From NCBI GenBank assembly GCA_000934665.2, contig JYFJ02003501.1, positions 1 through 40,734 on the forward strand: 40,734 nt of DNA, written 5' to 3'. This document shows positions 1 through 15,245 of this stretch, piece by piece. Made by a program: the position numbers and the translations under genes. The DNA comes from Catajapyx aquilonaris. Lineage: Eukaryota. Below the pieces are notes generated by a model, which searched no databases, was not told the DNA's origin, and saw only the letters and a list, made by a program, of their open reading frames with translations. Numbering within the stretch: the first letter of the stretch is position 1; each line of letters begins with the position of its first letter.

Positions 1-53
1 GGGGGGGGTCAAAAAGTGGCCAAAAATCGGTCACGTGGTATATGGACGACCCC
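1..53. mobile_element. Right end of a PIF/Harbinger-like MITE (cut by window start)
   Basis: Ends ...CACGTGGTATATGGACGACCCC followed by TTA (54-56), resembling the GGGG-terminal, TAA/TTA-target MITEs common in insects. The other end is not visible. Confidence 0.45.
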
Positions 54-397
54 TTACATGATCAGTGGTAAATCCAAGACAAAGGTTGATGAATTCATGC
101 AGGATTAATCCCTTGTTTAGGATTTATAATCAATCACATAACTGGTGCTAAGCTGACATCCCCAATGCCAGCATTCGAAACTGAGATAAGCAGGTCTCCA
201 AATGGCAACAGAGAAACCAAGGTGTGGTCGCCAAAACTGAATGTCTATTTGCCATTCTTTTTTTAAAACATTACGTTTCAAAAGTGCAGAAAAAAAAGCA
301 ACTGTATATCATGGGCATACGGAAGAAATCCAAAAAATCATCAGTGTCAAAATAATCCAAAGCAAATATTTGCACCTGCTTACACGCTAGTGATGAC

Positions 398-1013
398 TAT
401 GGACCGGATTTTTAGTTTCCAAAAAACCCTCAAATAAGTAGGCATTTAGGCCCTGAACACAGTCAAAATAGGCTCTTAATAGGCAGTTTAAAAAATCAAG
501 CGGGTCCTAATTTATTTTCATTTCTACACAATATTACAGCCTACTCTTGGTCATGGAATTTTGTGGCACAACAACAAACTAGCAGTTGTTCCATATTTTC
601 CTTGGTTAATCGCAGTATTCGGCAACGCCTGTTTGACAATACATTTCTACACGCTGAAAATGACCTTTAGACGTCACACAAAGCAACTGGATCATACTTG
701 AAAAGTGAAATGTTTTTTATAGCCAGTTCATCTGGCATGCCTACAGCTTCTTTGCCCATCACAGGTTGAAGTGGAAGAGATTCCTTGATTGGTAAACCTG
801 CAGAACTCTCGAAAATATTACAGAACGGCGTCAAAAAGGTCGAAATAGGCGCAAAATAGGCCATTTAGGTCCCAATACCCAAAATAGGCAATTTTAGGTT
901 CTATAAAACTACGATTTTTGAGGTCCTTGTGTTATGAAACAGATAGATATTTTGGTTCCGGTGTTCTGCCTACAGAATAAAAAGTAGGTAAAAACCTAGA
1001 AATCAGTTCTCTA
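398..1013 (-). mobile_element. Internally deleted hAT transposon with a transposase C-terminal remnant
   Basis: 8-bp TSD GTGATGAC at 390-397 and 1014-1021; imperfect TIRs TATGGACCGGATTTTTAG / CTAGAAATCAGTTCTCTA. Minus strand ~720-541 reads FKYDPVALCDV*RSFSACRNVLSNRR...LTKENMEQLLVC, a decayed hAT dimerisation-domain motif (S-x-x-x-ERSFS). Confidence 0.8.
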
Positions 1014-1247
1014 GTGATGACAGAAAATCCTGGCTTCCTGGCTCATTATGAATCATTAGGAATAAATGGCCTTCACCAAGCAATAGAGCAGAAAAAATAC
1101 TACTTGATGTAAATAACTAAAACGGAACTAAAACCAAAATTGGACATCATATGCTCACGATACGCTATCCAATGGATTCTCTCATCTCTCAGCTTTAGTG
1201 AATTAGTGTCATTTCTGTATTAAGAATCCCTGACAAGCCATATCCAG

Positions 1248-2668
1248 AAAGGAGCCCCATGATGATGACCAGCTTCACTTCTCGTTCACTCGGGAGCTGC
1301 AAAGTTTGGCTTCCTTACCAAGGACAGCATATCCTTTAGTAGTGTTCCTGACTGCCACGTCTAGTCAAAATAATGAAGGACCAAGCGTCATGGCACTGAT
1401 CAGCATCATCCACATTCAAGACAACCTGTACAAGTACCCTTCACGATTGGTTGCGCAATATCTCAAATCAGATAATGGACAGGTTATAATTCTTCAGGTA
1501 GAGAATCAAGACTGTGTACATTGTGCAATTACAGGGGTCAAATTATTCAGATGCAAAGGTGCAATTTGCACTCCAAAATTGTCATCTGAACTCCAAGCTG
1601 AGCCTTGGAGTGCAAAGTTTGTTGGTCCTGCTTTTAAATGTGGCAATACCCACTAATAAAAAATTAAGCACTCCAAGCATGTAATTTGCACTCCAGATGA
1701 AAGTCTGGAGTGCACAAACTTTGCATCTGGACAATATATTTAAAGGGACACTCCACTCAAAATACACGTTGGTCCCCAAAAATCGGGCAAAAAATCCTGA
1801 TTCCGAATGTGCAATCTGTTTTTTTCTACGCCCAACGGCAACACGGAAAATCATATATCTACACACGTCGTCTGCTAAGAAGGGCGATTCAACACCATCC
1901 CGCGGCGAACCGGAGAAGTGTAGCGTGCACAGTGCCAATAGGTGGCGTGGGTGTTGTGAACAGTTGCATACGGTTCGAATACGTTCAGGTTTGAATTCGC
2001 GGGCAGAGCTGTGCCTGCTCCATTTCCCATTCCTGTCGACAGGCGGCGAGGGTGTCGTGAACAGTAGCATACGGTTGCAACCGTATCGCCAAAATACGCA
2101 TAATGATCCGGTTCCCCTGGGGTCATCGTTCATCGGAAAAAATAATTATTGGTGTCGTTGGAATCGTATTTTTTTGCCCGATTTTTGGGGGCCAACTTGT
2201 ATTTTGAGTGGAGTGTCCCTTTAAAATTCGACCCCTGCGATAATTCCTACACTCCAGTTATCATATTCTTTTTGTTTTTAATTTTTAACAGTAACATTTA
2301 TGTTTCAGCAATTATATCTTGCAACAGTGAGCAATGCTGCTGAACATCCATCAGAAGATGCTGTTCCATCAGATGATGCTGTTCCATCAGATGATGAAGA
2401 ACCCAGCTGCCCCAAAGGTCTGTGTCTGATTTGTCAGACACTGCCTGTTTCTAGAGCCCTGCTGCCCTGCCGTCACACTTGTATTTGCGCAGTTTGCTTC
2501 CAGCGTGTAGTACATTGCCCAGTCTGCCGCAGTCCAATCCAAAGCTATTTCTGTGTCCGCCCTGAGGATCCTCAACAGGTAGAAAGTGTGGAGAGCCAAC
2601 CGCTCCCATGGACAGAAAGATTTGAACAATGGAATAATCGTCTAAATGCTTTCTTGGGATTCCAGTGA
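1248..2668 (+). CDS. CGRRF1: Cell growth regulator with RING finger domain protein 1, 3' part (exons ~1248-1497 and 2309-2668; earlier exons outside the window)
   Basis: Exon 1248-1497 reads LPRTAYPLVVFLT...MALISIIHIQDNLYKYPSRLVAQYLK...ILQ, matching the CGRRF1 PRxxYPLV...SIIHI...QYL pattern. GT at 1498 and AG at 2307-2308 join in phase 0 to QLYLA. The last exon has RING-HC CLICQ..LLPCRHTCICAVC..CPVCR and stop TGA at 2666-2668. The acceptor at 1247 is a best guess. Confidence 0.88.
1532..2237. mobile_element. Small CAGGGG-ended (hAT-like) MITE interrupted by a TTAA element
   Basis: TIR CAGGGGTCAAATT (1532) / AATTCGACCCCTG (to 2237); internal TGCACTCCA/TGGAGTGCA repeats; no clean TSD. Confidence 0.5.
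1744..2220. mobile_element. Kolobok-like non-autonomous element (TTAA TSD, AG...CT termini)
   Basis: TTAA at 1740-1743 and 2221-2224; ~50-bp TIR AGGGACACTCCACTCAAAATACAxGTTGGxCCCCAAAAATCGGGCAAAAAA. A related left end occurs at 21166. Confidence 0.8.
2309..2668 (+). CDS. CGRRF1: CGRRF1 terminal exon with C3HC4 RING finger
   Basis: tttcag acceptor; Cys/His spacing C-x2-C-x11-C-x-H-x3-C-x2-C-x6-C-x2-C. Confidence 0.9.
   Translation, partial: QLYLATVSNAAEHPSEDAVPSDDAVPSDDEEPSCPKGLCLICQTLPVSRALLPCRHTCICAVCFQRVVHCPVCRSPIQSYFCVRPEDPQQVESVESQPLPWTERFEQWNNRLNAFLGFQ
2348..2401 (+). repeat. 3 x 18-nt coding tandem repeat (PSEDAV PSDDAV PSDDEE)
   Basis: CCATCAGAAGATGCTGTT / CCATCAGATGATGCTGTT / CCATCAGATGATGAAGAA, just before the RING. 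Confidence 0.85.
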
Positions 2669-4963
2669 GAAGCATCATTTTCTAGTCTCAAATGGTGTTC
2701 CATTATCTGGACAGTACATCATCAGAATTTAGGAATTTCCAGTGATAAATTGTAAATTGCACATAACACGGGAATAAGGTCTGCATTTCTTTTGTCAAGA
2801 ACAGTATGTAATCATGCTTAAGAGTCTTATATCATGTCAAATAAAACTACCAGTTGAAAAGATCATGAAGATGTATTTCACAAAAAAATAAACCTTCATC
2901 TTGTAGTACAGGCCTACACATGTTGCCTCACACAAGCATACACCTTGTCTCCTTAGGTGCAGAGCTTTCAGATTTATTTTAAACCGAATCAGCAAACGTC
3001 AACCCAAACAAACTATTGGCAGCAGTCGTACCACATATTTTTTAAGATATTTTTCCTGTAACACACATACAATTTCATAAACCTTAGAAGTTTACTGGGA
3101 CTGGAAGCAACAGTTTGTTTCTAGGGCCAATTTTCAGTCTTGCTTTCAAGTCAATGGCAGCAATGCAGGAGGGAGCAAAGTTACTGAAAGCACAGGTTAA
3201 ATTTTTAAATTAATACCTGCCTGTAGAATAACAGCAATTACTATGCAGTTTGGTTCCATTACCAGAAGCTGCCTGGCAGAGAAATAGACAATGAACAATA
3301 ATTATTTCCAGCCCATTTCTAGTAAGGTCTATGTATACTGCTTGCCATTTAGAGTCCATATAACATGTTTGGCATTGGGTATAGGAATACAAAACACTTT
3401 CAAAATTAGTGAATGGCCTTACACTAGGGTTTTTAGTTTCACTTATTTCCAGTAGAGAGGGAAAATGACATAATCTCTCATGTAAAGGGTATGTAAAAGT
3501 TTCAAAACAATCAAACAAGGGGGAAAATATTTGCATGGTGTAAATGTCCACACTAAAACCTGATCTCACAAATGTGTTTTTTGTCCCCTCCTTTCATTAG
3601 AAATGGTCTTTCTTTCATCCCTGCCTTAATCCATATTTCTGCTTATTGGGGTAGAGAAACACATCTGCTCTTTTCAGAGACATGAACAAACTGGTTACCA
3701 CGGCTAAAAATACAACATGCAATCTCAATGTAGCATCACCTTTTGGTTCAGTGCATTCATATGAGAGTACCTTAACACATTCCAATTATGGTTAGGTCTT
3801 ACAAGGGGTAATCCAATCCTCCCTGATGTACAAGCAAAGTTGCTTGGACACTCATAAATAAACATCGCTGTTCTAATTGCATAAAAACAAAGGAGAGAGA
3901 AAGGCAAAATAGAGAAAAAAAATACACTAAATGGTACAAAAAATTGTCACACTCCAAAAAATATGCTGTCTCCAGGAAGATAAATTTTCCTGCAAATATA
4001 TTTCATTCTTTCAAGGAAGCAACCCAAGAAATTGTTACAACATTCATCCTCCTCTGAATTTGAGGCACTCCTTATACGTCACTCCTCGGCATAAAAAGCC
4101 ATTATGTGATCAAGTTGCATTTCTCAAAATTGGTTTGACACCAAAACATTTGGGGCATGTAGTCCTAGGGAAACCATTAAACTGCATGACATGTTTCTCC
4201 ATGTTCCCATCAATTTCCTCTCATCATATTTCATGGATAAATACTATACTGTTATTTACTGCACACTTGCAAGCTGTGATGCACACTGGTCAGTGAAGTA
4301 GAAACCACAAACTCATGTATAAACTGTGCGAGTACCGAAACATGTTGTATTTTCAGCAATAAGCACTAACCAAAATTGAATCCTTGCCTGTGCCCTCGGA
4401 ATTCTCTACTACCACTAACACATGGTTATTTAAGTTTAAGTTTATTTAAGTATTCCTGTAGAGTGTGTCATTTTCCTGACCAGTGGACATTCCAGAATCA
4501 AGGAGACATGGATAATAAATAGATAGCCTAGTCAGTAACTCACATAATTATGTTGGACAAGTAGAGCAATTCTTTGACCTATTACACACACACAAAAGAG
4601 CATGACTCTAATTAATTTTAACTGGGACATTCATTACAGAATGCAGTGGTAATTAAATTTTGCTACCTAACCATGTGAATGCAAGTTTTCCTGCTGGTTA
4701 AGTACCTTGGATGCCTCAGTGGTTCAAGTGACCAACGCAGCAAAATATTCCCCATCATTCATCTTATGTTGCCAAAATTTAAACTACTGCTGCATGACAT
4801 AATGCCTCCCAGACAAAAATGAAGTCAAGTGTTTTGGCATTTAGCACAGGTCAAGGAATCTCTCCTTTTGCTCATAATGGAGGAGTTACTGCTCTCCATG
4901 TATATAGCCATGAAATAATAAGAGATGACACTGAACAGAGACGAACATACAAGGCAGTTTTAA

Positions 4964-5843
4964 CCCTGTACTGCACACATTTAGGATTGTGGGAAGAAAA
5001 AAATTCTAACGGCTTTTTCTCATCATATGCGACGTAAGGATGGTTTTTATTATGTTTTGGTCATCTCTGACCCAATGACTTTGAAGTTACACCGGCTGAG
5101 TCAAAAGTCATGGCGAGTATTTTTTTATTCAAAAACATACAGAAATGACCTTTGCTAAGTTTTGAAGGTCCAGTGATTACAATTTCATCCGATAAATAGA
5201 TGGCATCCAATTGCAAAGGGGGCCAGAAAACTAAAGGCAATCATAACCCGCACCATTCCACTGTCTCATGCAGCTCGGAGGGGGGGAGGGGTGTTTATGA
5301 TCCCCTTTCTTTTACCGGCTCCCCTTGAGATCTCGGGGCCATCTATATTCCAGTCCAAATTGTAATCGCCAGACCTTAAAAATGTAGTAATGGTCATATC
5401 TGTACATGTTTTCGTTTTTGAATAAAAATACGTACAATGGCTTAGGACTCAAACCTCAAGCAATATTGTGCCTGTGCCACCAAAAAATTGTGATGAAATT
5501 GTGCTGGCAAAATTAGAATGACCTCAAATGACGACGAGAGAGCTACTCTTGCAGTGTTACACATGTAATTGGATATTTAATATCTGCACCTATATCTAAT
5601 CAGCTCCAGAAACAATTGCTGCTTCAGCAAATTCAAATTTCGCGCCATTTTCAACGACCTTGGCTTCTCTCCGGTTCATACCATATCCTGATCGTATAAT
5701 TGTCGACATTGCATGTCACCTAGCGGAAGCTAACAAACTAACTGTGACATCAAGCCACACTGTGGTTTCCAGGACCAATGTTGAAGCTTATGGCGCCTGA
5801 GCAAATTAATTGTTGCCCTCAGGTAACAATGCGCGGTACAGGG
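4964..5843. mobile_element. piggyBac-like MITE
   Basis: TTAA at 4960-4963 and 5844-5847; TIR CCCTGTACTGCAC / GCGCGGTACAGGG. Confidence 0.75.
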
Positions 5844-7089
5844 TTAATGAGTTCTCCTATAGCTTTTCATTATGCATTCCAGTTTTGAATGGTGTTTTAA
5901 ATTGCTTTTTAAAACACTTGCCAACAGATCAATCATGATCATGTTGTTGTTCCAGCTATCCACCATATTTGCAAGGTTTCTTAGACTTGCTCTAAAGGTT
6001 GACAATATTCAATTTGCTGTAGTTTTTCTGGGGATTCTTAATTTTCCTTCCACATTCCAAATATCCATCTTTCCCTCATACCCTCCCCTACAACCAGCTT
6101 ATTTTTCACTAATGGAGCAACATATGAAGCTGCCTTGGATTGTGCATCAATAAAAGGCTGAACAAGGAAAGACTGGATTTTAACAGACTAGACAGCTGGC
6201 TATACTACGGACAGTAAAAATTATTAGAAACAATTACAAATTCTCATGTAACTGATTTTTTTTCCCTGAAAGTTTCTCTAACTTCCCTCATTTTCATACA
6301 TAATGCAGATTGTTAAGGTAAACAAGATTTACACACAAACAAAATCAACTCCATAATTATGATGTGCAATGAATCAATCATACTTACGTAATGTTATTTG
6401 GCAACACCCAACGGGAGTGCCTCATTGGCCAAAACTATTTTTATCTGTTTCCAACACCCTTCAAATTAAGCATCTAGCCTACAACTATTCCAAAGCCTGG
6501 AACTAGCCAATGTGTGTGGTCCGATCAAGAATGAGAAGGTGCCCTGAGAAATGCACACCACCCTGCCAATTGACACAAGTTGTTACATTACTTCTAAGTG
6601 ACTGCTTGAACTGGCCAGATTGCCCTTGCTATCAATGCACTTCAGTGGTGTCTGATGGGCAGAGATGAAAAATTAAACCTAACCTTCAATTAAATTTTAC
6701 TTGGTCTGCACCTTTTGCCATAGAAGGATGACTTCACTTCAGGCACTGATTAAGTGAGCTTAATGAAACTGGCACTTCGAGTTTTAAAAAGGCTACAGTA
6801 ACCAGCAGTTCAATGTTCTCAAATGCACTAAAGACATTTCACCCTGCATGACATGTCAATCAAATGGAACTGTGTGCACTGGCTTTCTCTCTCATAAGCT
6901 GCAATCTAGGTTACAGTCATTTTTTCAAAATCCACTGGATCACTTCACTGAAAAACTCCTGGCAACTTATGTACTGATGCACAAGGACGCTTAATAACTT
7001 CACATGCAATTAAACTAAAATGTCTTCATCTGCTGGCATGCTAAAGCACAGGCAACCAAAAACATTCCCTGTGGCTGGCAAGAAGGCAG

Positions 7090-10331
<3,242 letters not shown>

Positions 10332-10907
10332 GACCGCACGGTATTTGACCGTCCCCTGTAACATACAATTACACCGAACAACGACAATTTTCAGTAAATG
10401 ATCCCACGTGCTTCCACCGACTCCACTGCACTTATTTTATTTAGGGACTCCACAGGGTGCGTTCAAACTACTCCCAACCGCCATCTGCATACGCGGCATC
10501 AAAAATGACGTCATCCGAAATACTAAACATCCAGCCCACGACCCAGCCTAACCGCACTCACGATGCACGAGCGCACCACCATTAAACTATTCAGCACTTA
10601 TAGCTTGATAAAACCACATGAAAAAAAATCACACATTTATGTAACCACCAACTAAAAAGTATAACCTTAAAAATGAATAAAATGTAAAAATGGGAATCCG
10701 GGCATCTTGCGAGATAGAATTTGACCCTCCTGATATTGGGCGTCCGATCAGCCAATCGCGTGGGAGCACTCACCGACGACAAGTTGTTGGGGAGCTTGCA
10801 GGGAAGGAGCCAGCAGGCAGGCAGGCAGGTCATGACAACCGAGTCAACGCACAGGTCCTGTTACGCGTCGAGCGGTTCTGCGCTTCGATTGTAGGATTGA
10901 GGGCACG
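10332..10907. promoter_or_regulatory. Putative bidirectional promoter between the PRMT1-like gene and ARID4
   Basis: 576 nt between divergent ATGs, CpG-rich; TGACGTCA (10506-10513), ATTGG (10735-10739), CCAAT (10752-10756), TCTTGCGAGA (10705-10714). Confidence 0.6.
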
Positions 10908-13900
10908 ATGGTATGGAATATTTTCAAGTTTGATTACACACAGTTGGTACACTTTATTTACAGTCTTTTGAACTTGGGAATGGCTCTTCGTGCTTCACAC
11001 ACGCAGTTCTGGAACGAATGAAACAAAAAAGATACTTCCGGGAGAGGGCGGTGCATTGGTCGTGTTCTAATGTGTCACTGATTATGTTCATGCCTGATTC
11101 TGCCAGTCAGATGGCAGTGGCACACGCTTGATGAGGTTGCCTGCTGTGTGTGACACCTTGGAGACAGCTTTCAGTTGGGTATGAAGGTCCGTTTACTGAT
11201 GGAGTGATGGTTACGTATGTGAAGCAAAGTCTACGAGGGGGCTATGCCTAGAATTGGCGACCCACAGGAATGCCTATGATGTCATTATTTGAAAACAGAA
11301 TTAATTAAGGCTATTGTGCATTTGGTGTGATAATCATGAGATCCATGTTCAATTTAACCTGATTGGCATCATTGCAAATGCCTCTCGCACCGTAATGCAA
11401 ATGCTATGGGCTAGCATTTGTTACGTTGTGGCTGGCGCCGCCGAAGTAACATGTCTGATCACACTTCATTGGGTTCTTGACAGGTTAGCTAGCTCAATTT
11501 ACACAGCATGGCAAGTTCAGTTGTGCAAGCTACATTGTAACTGTTGATTATTCTCACATTGCAAAGGACTATTTTACAAGACTGAATTTCATCACAGGCA
11601 ATTTAAATAAATGTAGTGAATGTGTGTGGGAATTCCCAAAATGTCACCACCTGGTGTAGATGTTCAATAGTGAATTCAGATGCTAGAGCAGGTGGGATTG
11701 GTGAATGGAGGAGCTTGAGGAGTCAGCCACATGCGCCAGTTGGCCTGTAGCACAATAAATTTGACACTAGGCACCAACTTCCCAAAATTTGGGAAACAAA
11801 AAAAAGTGCAAAAGTGGGGAGAGAGAGAGAGGGAGGGAGCAGTAAGACGGTGACGTGCAGAAGTGAACGAGTCGCCACCCAGGAGGTGGCGCCCGAAACG
11901 GTGGAAATGGGAACTCCATGGAACGACCGCACTGGTTGTTGTTGCGTTCATTGCGACTATTTAGTATTACAATGCCCCTCGGCACTTTCCAAAAAACAAA
12001 AGTTTATTGCAAACCTAGAAAACGCAGACTAAATTTTGAGGCCACTCCCAACGCTGTAGGCCATACTGTGTGGGAGGAGTTTCCATCACAGTCGGTTATT
12101 AATAATATAGATTTGACATTTGTCTAAGGTACTTTTCATTATAGTCAATAAAATTTATTACATTAAGGTGTGGTAAAGGATTACATTTTGTACTTGGCGA
12201 TGCATGTGGCATACCTATTTAAAAGTAGATTCTTAGGTTCTATAAGGCAGCAGAAATACTATGTTGGATTAATTGTCCAAGTTGAGCTAGCATAAGTTTC
12301 TCAAGAACCATATTTAATAATAATAATAATAATAATAATTTGTGGGTGATGCTTTCACCCCTACAGGGGTATATCGCATGGACCTTTATTATATTTTGAA
12401 TTTTCAGTGTACAAGGTACCTGGTGCCTATTTAATGAAAGCCCGGGCCCACGGGCAGGGTGACAGGAGGGAATGTGCATAGTGCAGTGCAATGTCGGTGC
12501 TGTGGTCATTTTGTGAACAGCCCTGGGTGGTTTGTCTTACCGGATATACCACCCACGACGAAGCCAGAGACGACCTCTAATAAACCCTGCACGAGATGAA
12601 GGGGGGAACCCCGGGTGGGATTTGATCCCGGGACCTTAACATCTGTGGGCGCATACGTTACCGCAGCGCCACTTCGCCTCCCTTCCTCAAGAACCATATT
12701 AAAGTCATAATGGTTCAGATAGCAATTTGGAAGATCCGGTTTAGAAGGCATGTGTTACGTGGAAATGGATTGGTATACTAGGGTGAATTTTCATTAATAT
12801 CCTAGTAATTGCAAGACCAGAATGTTATTCCATTGAAAAGAATGCACTGCATCACCTTGGTGCATCCCGGAGCAAGTCTTTACCTGACTTGAGAGGAAAT
12901 AATACATCCCAAGATTGGAGTTGAACTGACAGGGGTTTGGAGAGAAAGACAAGAAGCATGGTTCCAGCCACCAATAAGCAGTGCAGTGTGGCATTGCTGC
13001 AAGCGAGGCATAATGAAAGCTAGTGTGCACATGCATTCTTACCACAGAGTCGTTGGGGAGGTGCATGTAACTTCCTTAGATCTCCCCTCAGACAGGTGGT
13101 GACATTACATGTATTCAGGCATTGTCACAGAATTGAACACCTCATTTTTGTGCATACAAGATGCTGAATGAAGGGAAGAAAAGTTGTCAAGTGACGTGTT
13201 AGTAACACACAACTCAGTCCACTGGCGCTTCCATGCCCAATCTTCACATGTTATGTGACAATTTATGTGATACATTGTAAAATGTGAGTAGGGAAGAAGG
13301 GTTTAGTTTAGTAGATGCTATAGCAACTAGTGTCATTGGGCTGGAAGTAAAGGGGGGGGAGAGAAAGAGCGACAGAAGTGAGTTTCAGAAACTGACTTGT
13401 TCGCATCCATCCACTGCAGTGTACTAAAATTGCCACAGATACAGGTATGGGAAAATAACACGTTCTTCCCTCTACACTAATTTCAAACCTGTTGTAATTG
13501 ATGAATGTTTGATTTGTCATGGGAAATGCTATGTTCATGTTATTTTGTGGATTGTTTTAGTACCAGTATTGATATTTTGTGTCATGGGGATTTAAACCAT
13601 ACGCCATACTATGAGGTGCTACCCAAAAGTTCACGAACTGATTTTTTTTTTTGTTTTTGTTTTTTTTTGAAAAATTAGCTTACCGTACACCTTATTTTCC
13701 TTAATCACCTTTGAAGTAGTCCCCTTTTGAACATAGATACCAATCCCAGTGCTCTTCCCATGATTGGAATACTTTGTGGAAGTCATTTTTTGTTAGGGCT
13801 CTCAGCAAAACCTGCAATTCTTCGTGGACCTGATTTACTGAGTCAAATCTTTTCCTTTCAGCTTAATTTTCATTTTTGGGAATAGGAGAAGTCGCAGGGA

Positions 13901-15175
13901 GCTAAATATGGTGAAAAAGGTGGGTAAGGGACCATCTTCATGTTTTGGGACACGAAAAACTGCTGCACGGCAAACACGGGGTGAGTGCGCGATTGTCATG
14001 TTGTTCTCGCGCCACGTCGCGAGGCATTTCCTTCGAATGTCCTTCCTCAGCCGCCTTTTTCGCCTGATTTAGCTCCCTGCGACTTCTTCCTAACCCGAAA
14101 ATGAAAATTAAGCTGAAATAATAAAGATTTGAGAATAATTTTACCCATTTTCTATGGGGTTGTGCTCTTCAAAGGACGTCCAGAACGATCATCATCATCA
14201 ATTGAAATGGGGTATTTTTGAACCCAGCTTATATCATTTCTATGTCCCTAAAACATTGTTGCCTAATGCATATTGTAGCATCTTGTGAGTTTGCAGCACT
14301 TTTGCCAAGTTTGAAATCAAATTTACGCTGTTAGGCCATCCATTTTCACCCCCAGATAGAATCGCAGAACGCACCAAACGCAACACTGCAAAACCCCTTA
14401 CAGAAACTGATCCATTCCACCTCAGACGTTGCCACTTGGGCCTTGGCAGAATAGTTCAGAAAGGTCACCTGCAGCACTACCTAGAGTGGTAGTGACAAAC
14501 TATGTGCAGTTCAAAAGTACTGGCGTCAGTTCGCGAACTTTTGGGTAGCACCTTGTATCACAGTAATGATTTGCACTATTTGATATTGTCCAGTACATAT
14601 ATTAGCCAACGAGATGATTATGTTGCGCATCTGCAACACCCCTCCCCTGCCTCCCTCAAGATTACGGAATAATGTAATAATGTAACTAGCATGTGGCAAT
14701 GTTTTGTTTCTTGATTTTATAACAGCTTTTAAAATAAACTGCAATTTAAGTAATTCAACTTGTGATTGAGATTAATTTAAGTTCTGTATTTGTTCCTGAC
14801 ACCCAGTAATAATTGAGGAATTGAGACGGGATGATTTTGTTAATTGAGGGGAGGTGGAGTGGCGCTACAGTAACGTGTGCACCCATGGATGGAAGGGTCC
14901 TGGGTTCGATCCCAGACCGGGGTCTTCTCCCTTCATCTCGTGCAGAGTTGGGTCATCTCTGGCTTCGGCTCGGGTGGAATCTCCACTAGACTAATCCACT
15001 CGGGGGCGTTCACAAAATGTTCCTTTTGAGACATTGCACTGCACATTGCACATCCCCTGCCAGTCACCCTGAGCATGGGGCCAGACGCTTCGTTCAAGGT
15101 TCCAGTATGTATCGTACTATAACGGTATAAATAAAGGTCTGTGCTACATACCTCTTAGGAGGTCAAGCACTACCC

Positions 15176-15245
<70 letters not shown>

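Noticed and set aside
1582..2343. Overlapping ORFs of 64-183 aa on both strands
   Set aside because: They lie in nested MITEs inside a CGRRF1 intron, with no transposase or other recognisable motif.
2700..7080. Short ORFs between the convergent CGRRF1 and PRMT genes
   Set aside because: No domain signatures or exon pattern; probably 3' UTR and intergenic sequence.
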